DNA of 35,362 nucleotides from Bacteroidetes bacterium UBA1952 (GCA_002336725.1 DDEO01000031.1:1-35362), one strand, 5' to 3'; positions 1 to 10,257 are shown, numbered from the stretch's first letter. Translations and numbers: made by a program. The notes: generated from the sequence alone by a model not told the origin.

Positions 1-659
1 AGTTCTAATTCAAATTCTTTCCAACCCATCACGGCCTGCTCTACCAGCACTTCGTGGATGGGCGAGGCGGTGAGGCCGCGCTCGAGCGCCGCGTCGAGGT
101 CGTCTTTATGAAAAACGAGGCCGCCGCCGGTGCCACCGAGCGTGAAAGACGGGCGGATGACGAGCGGAATGCCGATTTCCTGCGCCGTTTCTTTGCCTTC
201 GAGCAGCGAGTTGGCAATGCGGGCTTTGGCAACCGGCACGCCGAGTTCAATCATCCATTGCCGGAATTTTTCGCGGTCTTCGGCCTTGTCGATGGCTTTG
301 ATATCCACCCCGATGAGGCGTACGCCGTATTCTTCCCAGAGGCCGATTTCGTCGCATTCCTTGCAGAGATTAAGCGCCGTTTGTCCGCCCATGGTCGGCA
401 ATACGGCATCTATTTGATTTTCCTGAAGGATGGTTTCGATGCTTTCCGGGGTGAGCGGTTGCAGATAGACCTTATCGGCAACGATCGGGTCGGTCATGAT
501 GGTTGCCGGGTTGGAGTTGATAAGGATGGTTTTGATGCCTTCTTCGCGCAGGGAGCGGGCAGCCTGCGAGCCGGAGTAGTCAAATTCGCAGGCCTGGCCG
601 ATGACGATGGGGCCAGAGCCGATGATGAGGACGGAGCGGATGGAAGTGTCGAGTGGCAT
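1..659 (-). CDS. carB: Carbamoyl-phosphate synthase large subunit, N-terminal fragment (gene runs off the window start)
   Basis: Reverse-strand translation from the ATG at 659..657 reads MPLDTSIRSVLIIGSGPIVIGQACEFDYSGSQAARSLREEGIKTILINSNPATIMTDP...IPLVIRPSFTLGGTGGG, the canonical CarB ATP-grasp N-terminus. It is absent from the ORF track because it is open at the window edge. The listed 54..716 + ORF is its antisense shadow. Confidence 0.9.
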   Translation of the reverse strand, partial: MPLDTSIRSVLIIGSGPIVIGQACEFDYSGSQAARSLREEGIKTILINSNPATIMTDPIVADKVYLQPLTPESIETILQENQIDAVLPTMGGQTALNLCKECDEIGLWEEYGVRLIGVDIKAIDKAEDREKFRQWMIELGVPVAKARIANSLLEGKETAQEIGIPLVIRPSFTLGGTGGGLVFHKDDLDAALERGLTASPIHEVLVEQAVMGWKEFELE

Positions 660-746
660 ACGGGGAGCAAAGGTAAAGCGCAGGAGCAGGACGACGAAGG
701 CGGGCGCTTTCGCTGAACGGGGGGGGGCGTTTCGGCGGAAAATATT

Positions 747-832
747 TTCCGGAAAATACCCAACCTTATTCCGGAAAATGGCCGTCTTTAGAAATTGCCC
801 CGTGGGTGCTGCGGGCATAAAAAGTTCCGGAA
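747..832. repeat. Three copies of the palindromic octamer TTCCGGAA in the divergent carB / giant-ORF intergenic region
   Basis: Exact TTCCGGAA at 747..754, 769..776 and 825..832, read directly from the sequence. Confidence 0.9.
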
Positions 833-972
833 ATCGTCTTTCTGAAGAGGCGGGATTTAACTATTTGCATTGTGAATAGAAAAATTCCTACCTTAGAAGG
901 CTCTAAAGGCGTTTCCTGTATTTATATGCAGTTGCGCTTCCGGATTTTCTTCTTTTGTATTTACAACCTGCT

Positions 973-3900
973 ATGAGCAAGACTTATACTTCTTTGTTCC
1001 GAACTGATAGGAACTTTTGCTGGTTTAATTCAGGCACACTTCGGCTAACGATGCTGTTACTGATTGCGTTGTTTCTGGGAAACAGCGTTCACGCACAAGT
1101 GCTTCTGTCGGAATCTTTCGACGGTGCCACGTTTCCGCCGACGGGCTGGACGGTAAATGGTACGGGAGTGAGTACCAATCCGAATACTCCGACGCAAATA
1201 GAATGGACGCGGGATCCTGGTGGGGTCACTACTGCTTATGCACCTTATACAAACGCAGCCGGCCCGCACACGGGGGCCGGTATGGCCTTTTATAACGCTT
1301 GGGATATTTCTGCCGGAGGCGTTTCTAATCTTATTACGCCGGCGCTGAACTTTGCCTCACCGTCAGGAACGAAGGTTATTAGTTTTTGGCTTTACCGCAA
1401 CAATGCCCAAGTAGCAAATGATTCGGTAGTAGTTTTAATTAATAGTACGGCCAGTGTAACGGGTGCTACCCGGCTTTTTGGCGTTGCCCCGAGTGAGGGC
1501 GCACCCAGCAGTCTGTGGCAGCAGTACACCGTGAACGTTCCTGCCTCTTTTAATGGCGCTTCTCAGTATATTATTTTTCAGGCTCAATCTGCTTACCAGA
1601 CAGACATATTCTTAGATGATGTGTCTATAAACAATTTGCTTGCCTGTAGCGGCGCTCCTACCTCACTGGTGCTTTCCGCTAGTGTTACCTCTACCTGTCC
1701 TGCTACGCCCTTTACGCTCACGGCTAATCCGGGAATGTTGTCGGGATATACCTATCAATTTGAATCGTCCACCAATGGAGGTGTAACTTGGAGCAACTTG
1801 GGAACGGCATCAACGAATGCAACCTATACGGTTACCAATCAGACTGCTGCCACACAGTATCGGGTAACTGCAACCTGCACAAGTGGCGGCGGCAGCACTA
1901 CTTCCACTCCGGTTTCGGTAGGACAAAACGCACAGAGCAGTTGCTACTGCATCCCATCGAGTACTTCTACTACTTATTATATAGACAACTTCAGCACGAC
2001 GGGTGGTATTTTGAATATCAGCAATCTGGCTTCCGGGCAGTCGTCAAACGGTTATGGACAGTTTTTGGCCCAGACGGTTTCGCAGACACCCCTTCAGTCG
2101 GTTGGTTTTAACGCCTCTTTCGGGGGATCTGGTTCCACCTACGGTTTCACTATCTGGGTGGACTGGAATCAGAACGGCAATTTTAGCGATCCGGGCGAGA
2201 AGGTTTTTAGTAGCACTTCCTATAATGCTACCTATAACGGCACTTTTATGGTGCCTGCCACAGCACTTTCCGGCCCCACTCGTATGCGCATTACCGCCGA
2301 CTATCTGAACTCCTCACCGAATGCGCCCTGTCAGACAACTTCGGCTTATGCAGAATATGAAGACTATACTTTCAATGTGATAGCACTCACGGCTTGCTCT
2401 GGGACGGTTTCGGCAGCCATCGCGAGCAGCATCACGGCCGCCTGCCCGAATGTGCCTTTTACATTAACCGCAACGCCAAACACATTGTCCGGTGTTACGT
2501 ATCAGTTTCAGGCCAATACGGGCAGCGGCTGGACGAACCTGGGAACTGCATCTGTAAATCCGAGCCGTACGGTTACGACACAAACGGTCGCTACGCAGTA
2601 TCGGGTATATATTACTTGTAGCGCCGGCGGAACCGATACTTCTGCGGGTGTAGCCGTTGCCCAGAATCCACCGAATCAATGCTACTGCACCCCGTCGAGC
2701 GCATCCACCTTTTATTATATAGACAACTTCAGCACGACGGGTGGCCTAACCAATGTCAGCAATCTGGGATCGGGGCAGTCTGTCAATGGCTACGGACAGT
2801 TCTTGTCGCAGGTCGTTTCCCAGAATCCAACATTTCCGGTAAGCTTTAGCACCTCTTTTGGCGGTTCCGGAAGTACTTATGGTTTTACGATTTGGGTGGA
2901 CTGGAACCAGAACGGCAGCTTTAGCGATCCGGGCGAGAAGGTTTTTACCAGCAGCTCTTACAATGCCAGCTATACGGGTACTTTCACGGTGCCTGCCACG
3001 GCCGCTGCGGGTACTACCCGTATGCGTATCACGGCGGATTATCTGAATACTTCGCCAAACGATCCATGTCAGACGACCTCGGCCTACGCAGAGTATGAAG
3101 ATTATACCTTTAATGTGATTCCGCTTACGCCTTGTACCGGCACACCTTCGGCTACTATCGCGAGCAGTATTTCTTCTGCCTGCCCGAATCTGCCGTTTTC
3201 TCTAACGGCATCCCCGCTGGGGCAATCCGGCCTGACATATCAGTTTCAGTCTTCTACCAATGGTGGTGCAAGCTGGAATAATATGGGCGCTGCCTCTGCC
3301 AGCCCCAGCTATACGATTGCTACGCAAACAGTTGCGACGCAATACCGCGTATATATTACCTGTAACGCCGGTGGAACCGATACTTCTGCACCTGTATCCG
3401 TTGCGCAGACTCCTGCTACCGGTTGCTATTGCATCCCATCGGGCAGCACTTCCGGTTATTATATCAATAATTTTGTAACCACGGGCGGCATTACTAATAT
3501 ATCCAATCTTGGTACCGGATATCAACCTGGTGGTTATGGTCAGTTTCTGTCGCAAAATGTTACGCAATTCCCAGGGCAAACGGTGAGCTTCACAGCTGAT
3601 TTTGGTGCTGGTAGCAATACTTTCGGTTTTGCTATCTGGGTGGATTGGAATCAGAACGGCAGCCTTACCGATCCGGGAGAAAAAGTGTATTCTTCCACTA
3701 ATTATAGTACCAGCCACAGCGGAACTTTTACGGTTCCTGCAACAGCACTCTCCGGCCCCACCCGGATGCGAATCGGCAACAGCTATACGCCGAGTACCGG
3801 CCCTGCTTCGCCTTGCTCCACCGGTATCTCCGGCGAGTTTGAAGATTACACCTTCCAGGTCGTTCCGCTGGTACCGTGCAGTGGCCCGCCCAATATCGGC

Positions 3901-6900
3901 GCTCTTGTTTCTAATATTCTGGTGCCTTGCGTAGGCGACAGCATCACGATATCAATGCCTAACGCTACTTTCGACACCGGCATTTTGTTTCGCTGGGAAT
4001 ATAGGGATGCGACTACCGGCGGCCTTTGGGCATCCGGTAACCCGGGCAGCATACGCACTTTTGGTCATCGCCCCACTTCAAACACCGAGTACCGGGTGGT
4101 GGCGCGTTGTACGCTGACCAACGACAGCACCACTTCTGCAATCCTGACTATCAACCCGCTGGCACCGACGCTTCCATACTTTGAAGATTTCGAGAGCATT
4201 ACAGCCAACAACCAACTACCTGCCTGTATGAAGGCTACGGCCCTGGGCACGATCAACCTGACTTATCTGAGCAGGCAGGGGGTATCGCGCAAAAACCACA
4301 CGCCGGGCGGGGATAAATATGGTGCTTTTAAATACAACACAACGGCAGAGGAATATTTCTTTACGCCCGGTCTGGCCATGCAGGCAGGTCTGACGTATAA
4401 GATCAGCTACTGGTATGTAACCGACGGCCAGGGCGGCAACAACGGCAACGTGGTTTCAACCCGTACCACCATCGGCACGACACCTACCGTAGCCGGCGTA
4501 ACGGCTACGCTGGGTCAGGTAACAAACCCAACCGATACCAACTATCAGCAGGCCGTTTATTACTACACACCAGCACAGAACGGCACCTACTTTGTTGGTT
4601 TTGGTAATATCGCCACGACCACCAATGCCTATTTCAGTATTGATGATATCGGTGTGGAAGCCCTGCCGCCCTGTACGGGTATGCCGGTTGCCGGAACGGT
4701 GGTTTCCAACACGCCGGTGAACTGCCCCGGTTTGCAGGTACAGCTTTCTACGGTAGGCAGCACTGCGGCAAGCTATCTGACGTATCGCTGGTATGATATC
4801 AATGGTCCGATTGCCGGCATTGCCGCAACCATGCCAACCTATCTGACCGCGCCGCTGACAACAGCAGTCAATACTTATCAGCTCGAAATCACCTGCGCCA
4901 ACCCCAACACCGGCGTTCAGAGCGCCATTACCGCACCTTTCACCATCACGCCTTATACCGTTACAGTTCCGTATCTGGAAACGTTTGAAAGCATCACCCG
5001 CAACAACGATGTGCCATCCTGCTTCACCACAACGGATCTGGCAATCGGAACCTTTACCTATGCTTCCGGCGGCCCAGGCTCCAACCACACGCCGGGCGGC
5101 GCTAAGTATGCAGCCTTCAAGAGTACAACGGGTGGTCCACAGGATGAATGGATGTTTACGCCCATGATGAATATGCAACTGGGGAAAACCTATCGGTTCA
5201 ATTTCTGGTATCGCACGTCGGGCGGCTCGTTCCCCGCACTGCAACCGGCGGTGGCCACCGGCCCCTCGGCACAGCAAGTCATCGCGCCGCTGACGGCTAT
5301 CTACAACGCCGGTACTTCAACGTATCAGGAATACATTGCGACTTATACGCCAACGGCAACCGGCGACTATTCATTTGGCATCTATGCCCAAACCAGCAGT
5401 TCCAATACCAACGCCATGAGTATTGATGATATTGGCGTGATTGAACTGCCGCCCTGCACAGGTATGCCGAGTGTTACTATCTCACCCGCAGGTCCCATTA
5501 ACCTGTGTCCGACGGATAGCTTCACCATGACCGCGCCCCTGCCCAGCTTTAGCGGTCTGGTATATGAGTGGCAGTATTCAGCCGATAGTAATTTTCAGAT
5601 CGGCGTGTTTCCGGCCGGCAGCACGACCACAAGCATCAGACTTGCGGCCCCCCTTATTCCGCGCTACTATCGCCTGCGGGTCATCTGTACGAGTAATACG
5701 CCAAACGATACCGCTTATAGTAATAGGGTATTTGCAAACGTAAACGTTACGCAGTATGCGCCGCTGCCATACCTCAATAATCTGGAAAACTGGGTGAATA
5801 ATTGCAGTAACCACGATGTACCCACGGGCAACAACTGGTTGCAACTGGTAAGAACAGGCAATTCTTCCTGGCGCAGAAACGATGAAGGCGCTACGGCAGG
5901 CTGGACGAGTCCCAACTCCGGCGCATATACCCCACCGGCACGCAGCGGCCTTTATAGCGCCCGATTCCACAGCAGCCAGGCGGCAGTAACAACCGCCAAC
6001 GGCGGCGCAGACGAGGGTAAGCTGGATATGTACCTCAATTGCAATACCGGCCCCGGCACCAGCCCTAATAAAGCACTGTATTTCTACCATATCAGCCCCG
6101 GAACGCCCACGAATGCCCTCGATGTACGTCTGTCTATTGATGGCGGCTCTACATGGTCAACGCTGTCCACCTATGACTCGGCCTTTGACTGGCGTCTGCG
6201 CCGTTTGCCCTTCGTGTCGAACAGTGGTGCTACAATCATCCGGTTTGCCGGTCGGCACACCTCGGCAACTGCCGGAAGCGACATCGGCATTGACTCCATC
6301 TTCGTTGCGCCCCCCTGTAATGCTCAACCGGTAGCAGGTACTATCGGCGCGGTTACGCCTACGCAAATCTGCCCCGGTGATTCGGCTATCCTCAACCTGA
6401 CCGGTACGTCTATGGCCGGCGATCTGCGCATCGACTGGGAGACCTCTGTTGTTGGCCCCGGCGGCCCCTGGACTTCCCGCACGGCAGGCCCCAACGGTGG
6501 CGGATATAGCTTCAACTCCGGCCAACTGATGCAAACAACCTGGATTCGTGCACGGGTAACCTGCAACGGTTCTACACTGAGCGATACCAGCAATGCCATT
6601 GCCTTTACCGTCAGCGTAACACCGGCAACTGCCTACGCGCCGCTGCCCTATACCCAAAACTTCGAAAACTGGACTGACCGCTGCGGACTCAAAGAAATCC
6701 CGTCGGCCAACTGGTCTAATGTTCCTTCCTTCGGCAATACTTCCTGGCGTCGGAACGATCAGGGCGCTACCGGTGCCTGGAGTAATATCATGGCCGGACA
6801 GTGGTGGCCCGGAACGCCGGCAGCCGCTATCGACAGCTTCTCTGCTCGTTTCCACAACGCCGCCGCTACGCCGGATGGCAGCCGTGGTGCGCTCAACCTC

Positions 6901-9108
6901 TATGTAGATTGTAGCAACACCACCGGCGACAAGGAACTGCGTTTCTTTGTAAATATGTCGGATCGCACAGCCGGAAATACCGATTCGCTGCGCATCCGCT
7001 ATTCTATCGATGGCGGCTTCACCTTCACCCGTCTGGACAGCATCCGCCGCACCAACGGCTGGCAACAGCGCATCTATGTACTGCCTTCCAACTCGGCCCG
7101 CACCATCATCCGCTTTGAGGCGGTATCACAGTCTTCGCAGAAAGACATCGGCATCGACTATGTACAAGTGCTGGAACCCTGTGCCGGAACTACTGTTGCC
7201 GGAACCGTGGACAGCGTACAGAAGGTTTGCCCCGGTCGCAGCTTCCGCCTCTCTACTACCGGAACCTCGCTGCAAGGCGGCCTGACCTATGTGTGGGAAA
7301 GCTCTGCTTCCGGACAGCCGGGCAGCTTTACCGCGCAGCCGGGCGGCACACTGCCTTTCTACACTACGAGCATCAACCAAAACACCTGGTTCCGCCTCGG
7401 CGTATCCTGCGGCCCCGGTGGCACGGTGGTCTATACTCCTGCCCGTCTGGTAGAGTTGAACGACACCTTCCATTGCTATTGCGTTACCAACCCGCAGTAT
7501 CCGTTTGTAACGGCGCAGTATAAAGAGAACATCGGCAAGGTGGCGCTGAAGAACAACGCCGGCATCAACATGATGACCAATGGCTTTGGCTCGCCCATCA
7601 ACAACAACAACACCGCCGTAAATGCCTACTCCAACTTCCAGAACCTGCCCGCTACGCCGTTGTATCGCGATAGCACCTACAAACTGGAGGTGCAGCAGAT
7701 TTCCTACAGCTCCAACGCCCCGGCAAAAGTGGTGGCCTGGATTGACTTCAACCGCGACGGCGTGTTTGACGCTACGGAGCGCATCGTAAACCTGAACACG
7801 AGCGGCAGCACGGCCCCGGCCTTCAACATCCTCGGCAGCTTCACTGTTCCGTCGAATGCTACACCCGGAATTACCGGAATGCGCATCACGCTGCAACAGC
7901 CGGGCAGCACCACACCGCCCGATCCTTGCGGCCTCTACAACGGTAACGGTGAAACCGAAGATTACATGGTAGAGCTTCGCTTTGCGCCTTGCAGTGGATT
8001 TGCAACGCTTGGCACCGGAACCGCCTCTATCTCCGACACGATGATCTGCCCCGGCTACCCCGTTACCCTCTGGGATACCGGTTATCAACAACAAGTATAT
8101 GGCGTAACCCGTCAATGGCAGCAGAGCACCAACAACGGCCTGAGCTGGCAAAACGTAGGCACTCCGAATACCGATACCATCAACGCTATCGTGCTGGGCG
8201 CTACCCAATACCGCTTCTCCCTGATGTGTAACAACGGTGTGGCAAGCTATTCCAATACCGTATCGGTGGGCATCCTGCCTTCAACCGTGTGCTATTGCCC
8301 AAGCTACGCCACCGGCGGCCCGAACGGCGATAAGGACAGCAGCGACATCGGCTCGGTATCGCTCAACAACTTTACCTTCCAGGTGGGCGGCCCGCATCTA
8401 CTCAACCCCATGGCAACGCGCAAATGGACCAACTATGCAGCCTCCGGCGGCGTGATTGAACTGTGGGCAGATTCTACCTACGATATGGACATCTACCATA
8501 TCATGCGCGGCAGCGTTCATAAAGATGCCAAGGTAACGGTGTTCATCGACTACAACCAGAACCTCGCCTTTGATATGAACCCGCAACCCGGCTACCCGTC
8601 GGAGCGCGTCCTGACGGCCTATACCACCGCCAACAACTACTACCTCGACAACCTGCAACTGCGCATCCCGTCGCAGCAGGTGTTGCCCAACGGCGCAACG
8701 CTGATGCGTGTTATCCTGAACGAAGACACCGGCCCGAATGCGGCTTCTGATCAGGGCTGCGGCACGTATGTGTCGGGCGAAACAGAGGATTACTATGTCG
8801 TATTCCGCTGCCCATCCTGCCCAACCGGCGTTCAAAACCCAGACGGCGACAACATCCGTATGTTCAGCCTCTTCCCGAACCCAACTACCGGAATGGCGAA
8901 AGTGAGCCTGAGCACCGGGCGTGCCGTGAAGGAAATCGAACTGACGATTACCAACATGACCGGGCAGGTGATGAAGAAAGAAACCTTCAGCCAGCCAGGA
9001 ACGCAGTTTAGCACAACGGTTGACCTGAAAGAACAGCCGCGCGGCGTGTACTTCGTCGAGATTAAAGCCGACAACGAGCGCATCGTTCGCAAACTGGTGG
9101 TTCAATAA
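973..9108 (+). CDS. Giant T9SS-secreted multidomain surface protein (choice-of-anchor-J-like modules, five GEVED-like modules, C-terminal Por sorting domain)
   Basis: Single 2,717-codon ORF. The ATG at 973 (MSKTYTSL...) is preferred over the TTG at 955. Signal-peptide-like LLLIALFLGNSVHAQ. N-terminal LSESFDGATFPPTGWTV module. GEVED-type motifs AEYEDYTF (x2), GEFEDYTF, GETEDYMV and GETEDYYV. The C-terminus FSLFPNPTTGMAKVSLS...GVYFVEIKADNERIVRKLVVQ is typical of the T9SS type-A sorting domain. Confidence 0.9.
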   Translation: MSKTYTSLFRTDRNFCWFNSGTLRLTMLLLIALFLGNSVHAQVLLSESFDGATFPPTGWTVNGTGVSTNPNTPTQIEWTRDPGGVTTAYAPYTNAAGPHTGAGMAFYNAWDISAGGVSNLITPALNFASPSGTKVISFWLYRNNAQVANDSVVVLINSTASVTGATRLFGVAPSEGAPSSLWQQYTVNVPASFNGASQYIIFQAQSAYQTDIFLDDVSINNLLACSGAPTSLVLSASVTSTCPATPFTLTANPGMLSGYTYQFESSTNGGVTWSNLGTASTNATYTVTNQTAATQYRVTATCTSGGGSTTSTPVSVGQNAQSSCYCIPSSTSTTYYIDNFSTTGGILNISNLASGQSSNGYGQFLAQTVSQTPLQSVGFNASFGGSGSTYGFTIWVDWNQNGNFSDPGEKVFSSTSYNATYNGTFMVPATALSGPTRMRITADYLNSSPNAPCQTTSAYAEYEDYTFNVIALTACSGTVSAAIASSITAACPNVPFTLTATPNTLSGVTYQFQANTGSGWTNLGTASVNPSRTVTTQTVATQYRVYITCSAGGTDTSAGVAVAQNPPNQCYCTPSSASTFYYIDNFSTTGGLTNVSNLGSGQSVNGYGQFLSQVVSQNPTFPVSFSTSFGGSGSTYGFTIWVDWNQNGSFSDPGEKVFTSSSYNASYTGTFTVPATAAAGTTRMRITADYLNTSPNDPCQTTSAYAEYEDYTFNVIPLTPCTGTPSATIASSISSACPNLPFSLTASPLGQSGLTYQFQSSTNGGASWNNMGAASASPSYTIATQTVATQYRVYITCNAGGTDTSAPVSVAQTPATGCYCIPSGSTSGYYINNFVTTGGITNISNLGTGYQPGGYGQFLSQNVTQFPGQTVSFTADFGAGSNTFGFAIWVDWNQNGSLTDPGEKVYSSTNYSTSHSGTFTVPATALSGPTRMRIGNSYTPSTGPASPCSTGISGEFEDYTFQVVPLVPCSGPPNIGALVSNILVPCVGDSITISMPNATFDTGILFRWEYRDATTGGLWASGNPGSIRTFGHRPTSNTEYRVVARCTLTNDSTTSAILTINPLAPTLPYFEDFESITANNQLPACMKATALGTINLTYLSRQGVSRKNHTPGGDKYGAFKYNTTAEEYFFTPGLAMQAGLTYKISYWYVTDGQGGNNGNVVSTRTTIGTTPTVAGVTATLGQVTNPTDTNYQQAVYYYTPAQNGTYFVGFGNIATTTNAYFSIDDIGVEALPPCTGMPVAGTVVSNTPVNCPGLQVQLSTVGSTAASYLTYRWYDINGPIAGIAATMPTYLTAPLTTAVNTYQLEITCANPNTGVQSAITAPFTITPYTVTVPYLETFESITRNNDVPSCFTTTDLAIGTFTYASGGPGSNHTPGGAKYAAFKSTTGGPQDEWMFTPMMNMQLGKTYRFNFWYRTSGGSFPALQPAVATGPSAQQVIAPLTAIYNAGTSTYQEYIATYTPTATGDYSFGIYAQTSSSNTNAMSIDDIGVIELPPCTGMPSVTISPAGPINLCPTDSFTMTAPLPSFSGLVYEWQYSADSNFQIGVFPAGSTTTSIRLAAPLIPRYYRLRVICTSNTPNDTAYSNRVFANVNVTQYAPLPYLNNLENWVNNCSNHDVPTGNNWLQLVRTGNSSWRRNDEGATAGWTSPNSGAYTPPARSGLYSARFHSSQAAVTTANGGADEGKLDMYLNCNTGPGTSPNKALYFYHISPGTPTNALDVRLSIDGGSTWSTLSTYDSAFDWRLRRLPFVSNSGATIIRFAGRHTSATAGSDIGIDSIFVAPPCNAQPVAGTIGAVTPTQICPGDSAILNLTGTSMAGDLRIDWETSVVGPGGPWTSRTAGPNGGGYSFNSGQLMQTTWIRARVTCNGSTLSDTSNAIAFTVSVTPATAYAPLPYTQNFENWTDRCGLKEIPSANWSNVPSFGNTSWRRNDQGATGAWSNIMAGQWWPGTPAAAIDSFSARFHNAAATPDGSRGALNLYVDCSNTTGDKELRFFVNMSDRTAGNTDSLRIRYSIDGGFTFTRLDSIRRTNGWQQRIYVLPSNSARTIIRFEAVSQSSQKDIGIDYVQVLEPCAGTTVAGTVDSVQKVCPGRSFRLSTTGTSLQGGLTYVWESSASGQPGSFTAQPGGTLPFYTTSINQNTWFRLGVSCGPGGTVVYTPARLVELNDTFHCYCVTNPQYPFVTAQYKENIGKVALKNNAGINMMTNGFGSPINNNNTAVNAYSNFQNLPATPLYRDSTYKLEVQQISYSSNAPAKVVAWIDFNRDGVFDATERIVNLNTSGSTAPAFNILGSFTVPSNATPGITGMRITLQQPGSTTPPDPCGLYNGNGETEDYMVELRFAPCSGFATLGTGTASISDTMICPGYPVTLWDTGYQQQVYGVTRQWQQSTNNGLSWQNVGTPNTDTINAIVLGATQYRFSLMCNNGVASYSNTVSVGILPSTVCYCPSYATGGPNGDKDSSDIGSVSLNNFTFQVGGPHLLNPMATRKWTNYAASGGVIELWADSTYDMDIYHIMRGSVHKDAKVTVFIDYNQNLAFDMNPQPGYPSERVLTAYTTANNYYLDNLQLRIPSQQVLPNGATLMRVILNEDTGPNAASDQGCGTYVSGETEDYYVVFRCPSCPTGVQNPDGDNIRMFSLFPNPTTGMAKVSLSTGRAVKEIELTITNMTGQVMKKETFSQPGTQFSTTVDLKEQPRGVYFVEIKADNERIVRKLVVQ
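1645..3876 (+). repeat. Three in-frame tandem repeats of about 740-750 bp (246-250 aa) inside the giant ORF
   Basis: Unit boundaries at the conserved Cys codons 1645, 2395, 3133 and 3877. Each unit is a CxxxPFTLTA...ATQYRV..TC module plus a CYC(I/T)PS...GFTIWVDWNQNG.FSDPGEKVF...TRMRI...EYEDYTF module, with long identical peptide stretches between units. Confidence 0.9.
8857..9105 (+). other. T9SS C-terminal sorting domain of the giant protein
   Basis: The last ~83 aa, RMFSLFPNPTTGMAKVSLSTGRAVKEIELTITNMTGQVMKKETFSQPG...VYFVEIKADNERIVRKLVVQ, match the Por secretion C-terminal domain pattern (LFPNP...G.Y.V.I......K....). Confidence 0.85.
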
Positions 9109-9143
9109 TCCTCAAAACGTCCACCAGACGTTGGCATAACACA

Positions 9144-9185
9144 AGCCGGCCTTTCTGTCGAAAAAACAGAAAGGCCGGCTTTTTG
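9144..9185 (+). terminator. Rho-independent terminator after the giant ORF
   Basis: A 14-bp stem agccggcctttctg / cagaaaggccggct (9144..9157 and 9167..9180) is followed by TTTT. Confidence 0.85.
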
Positions 9186-9210
9186 TATGCACCTTGCAGC
9201 ATATCCCCGC

Positions 9211-10257
9211 ATGAACATTTCCGGAAAATATCTGCTGCCAATGCTGCTGCTGCTCGCCCTGCTGCCGGGCTGCCGAAGCGGAGAAAAAGCAACGCCCGCC
9301 TTCTATTACTGGAAAACCACCTGGCAAGCCACGCCCCTTTCCTCCGAAACTTTCCGGAAAATAAAAGCCCAAAAATGCTATCTGCGCCTCTGCGACATTG
9401 GCTATGACCCCGGCAGCCGGACGATTGTTCCACAAGATGTGCTGCGCATTCCGGAAAAAGCCGCCCTGCCCAAAGCCGAAATCATTCCGGTGATTTTCCT
9501 GGAGCCGGCAGCCCTCAAAAGCCTACAAACAGAAAAAGACATTACCCAACTTTCCGGAAATATTGCCCGTTTTGCGAGCCAATATTGTCGGCAGCAAGGG
9601 TGGGAGATAGAAGAATTTCAACTGGACTGCGACTGGACGACCCGCACGGCAGAAATCTATTTCCGCCTGCTGCGGGCATTGAAAAAAGAACCCTTTTTTT
9701 CCGGAAAAATCCTCTCCGTTACGCTGCGCGGCCATCAGGTGAAATACCCCGGAAAAAGCGGCATTCCGCCCGCCGATCGCTGTATGCTGATGGCCTACAA
9801 CATGGGCGACATCCGCTCGCTGACACCGGAAAATTCTATCCTCGACGTGCCGACGGCTAAGGATTATCTGCAAAACCTCTCGGCCTATCCCTTGCCGCTC
9901 GACCTGGCGCTGCCCATCTTTCGCTGGACGCTCTGGTATCGCAACGGACAACTGCTCGGCATCCTGCGCGGCGTGGACCCGGATGCGCTGGCCCAATATT
10001 CATTTCTCCGGAAAGCGAAAAATGCGAACCTTTATACCTGCCTGGCCGATACCGCGCTTGGTAGCTACCGGCTGCAAGCCAGCGATCTGCTAAAAGCCGA
10101 ATCACCCCGGCCCAAAGAAGTCGCAGATATCGCTGCCTATGCCACGCGAAGATTTCCGGAAAAACCCTATGCCGTTGTTTTTTATCACCTCGACGATGCC
10201 AACCTGACCCGCTATGATACCCGCCAACTGGAAGAAATACTCCGCCATTGCCATTAG
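9211..10257 (+). CDS. Putative lipoprotein of unknown function
   Basis: The ORF track gives 9187..10257. The ATG at 9211 gives MNISGKYLLPMLLLLALLPGCRSGE, a signal peptide plus lipobox Cys. No family was recognised by eye. It contains six TTCCGGAA copies. Confidence 0.75.
   Translation: MNISGKYLLPMLLLLALLPGCRSGEKATPAFYYWKTTWQATPLSSETFRKIKAQKCYLRLCDIGYDPGSRTIVPQDVLRIPEKAALPKAEIIPVIFLEPAALKSLQTEKDITQLSGNIARFASQYCRQQGWEIEEFQLDCDWTTRTAEIYFRLLRALKKEPFFSGKILSVTLRGHQVKYPGKSGIPPADRCMLMAYNMGDIRSLTPENSILDVPTAKDYLQNLSAYPLPLDLALPIFRWTLWYRNGQLLGILRGVDPDALAQYSFLRKAKNANLYTCLADTALGSYRLQASDLLKAESPRPKEVADIAAYATRRFPEKPYAVVFYHLDDANLTRYDTRQLEEILRHCH

Noticed and set aside
54-716. 220-aa + strand ORF at the window start
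   Set aside because: It lies exactly antisense to an unmistakable CarB N-terminus. Its sequence is low-complexity and Arg/Gly/Ala-rich, as expected for a shadow ORF in GC-rich DNA.
7126-8208. 360-aa minus-strand ORF, and other internal ORFs on both strands of 973..9108
   Set aside because: All are nested in or antisense to the single uninterrupted 2.7k-codon ORF, which has coherent domain repeats and a T9SS sorting domain.
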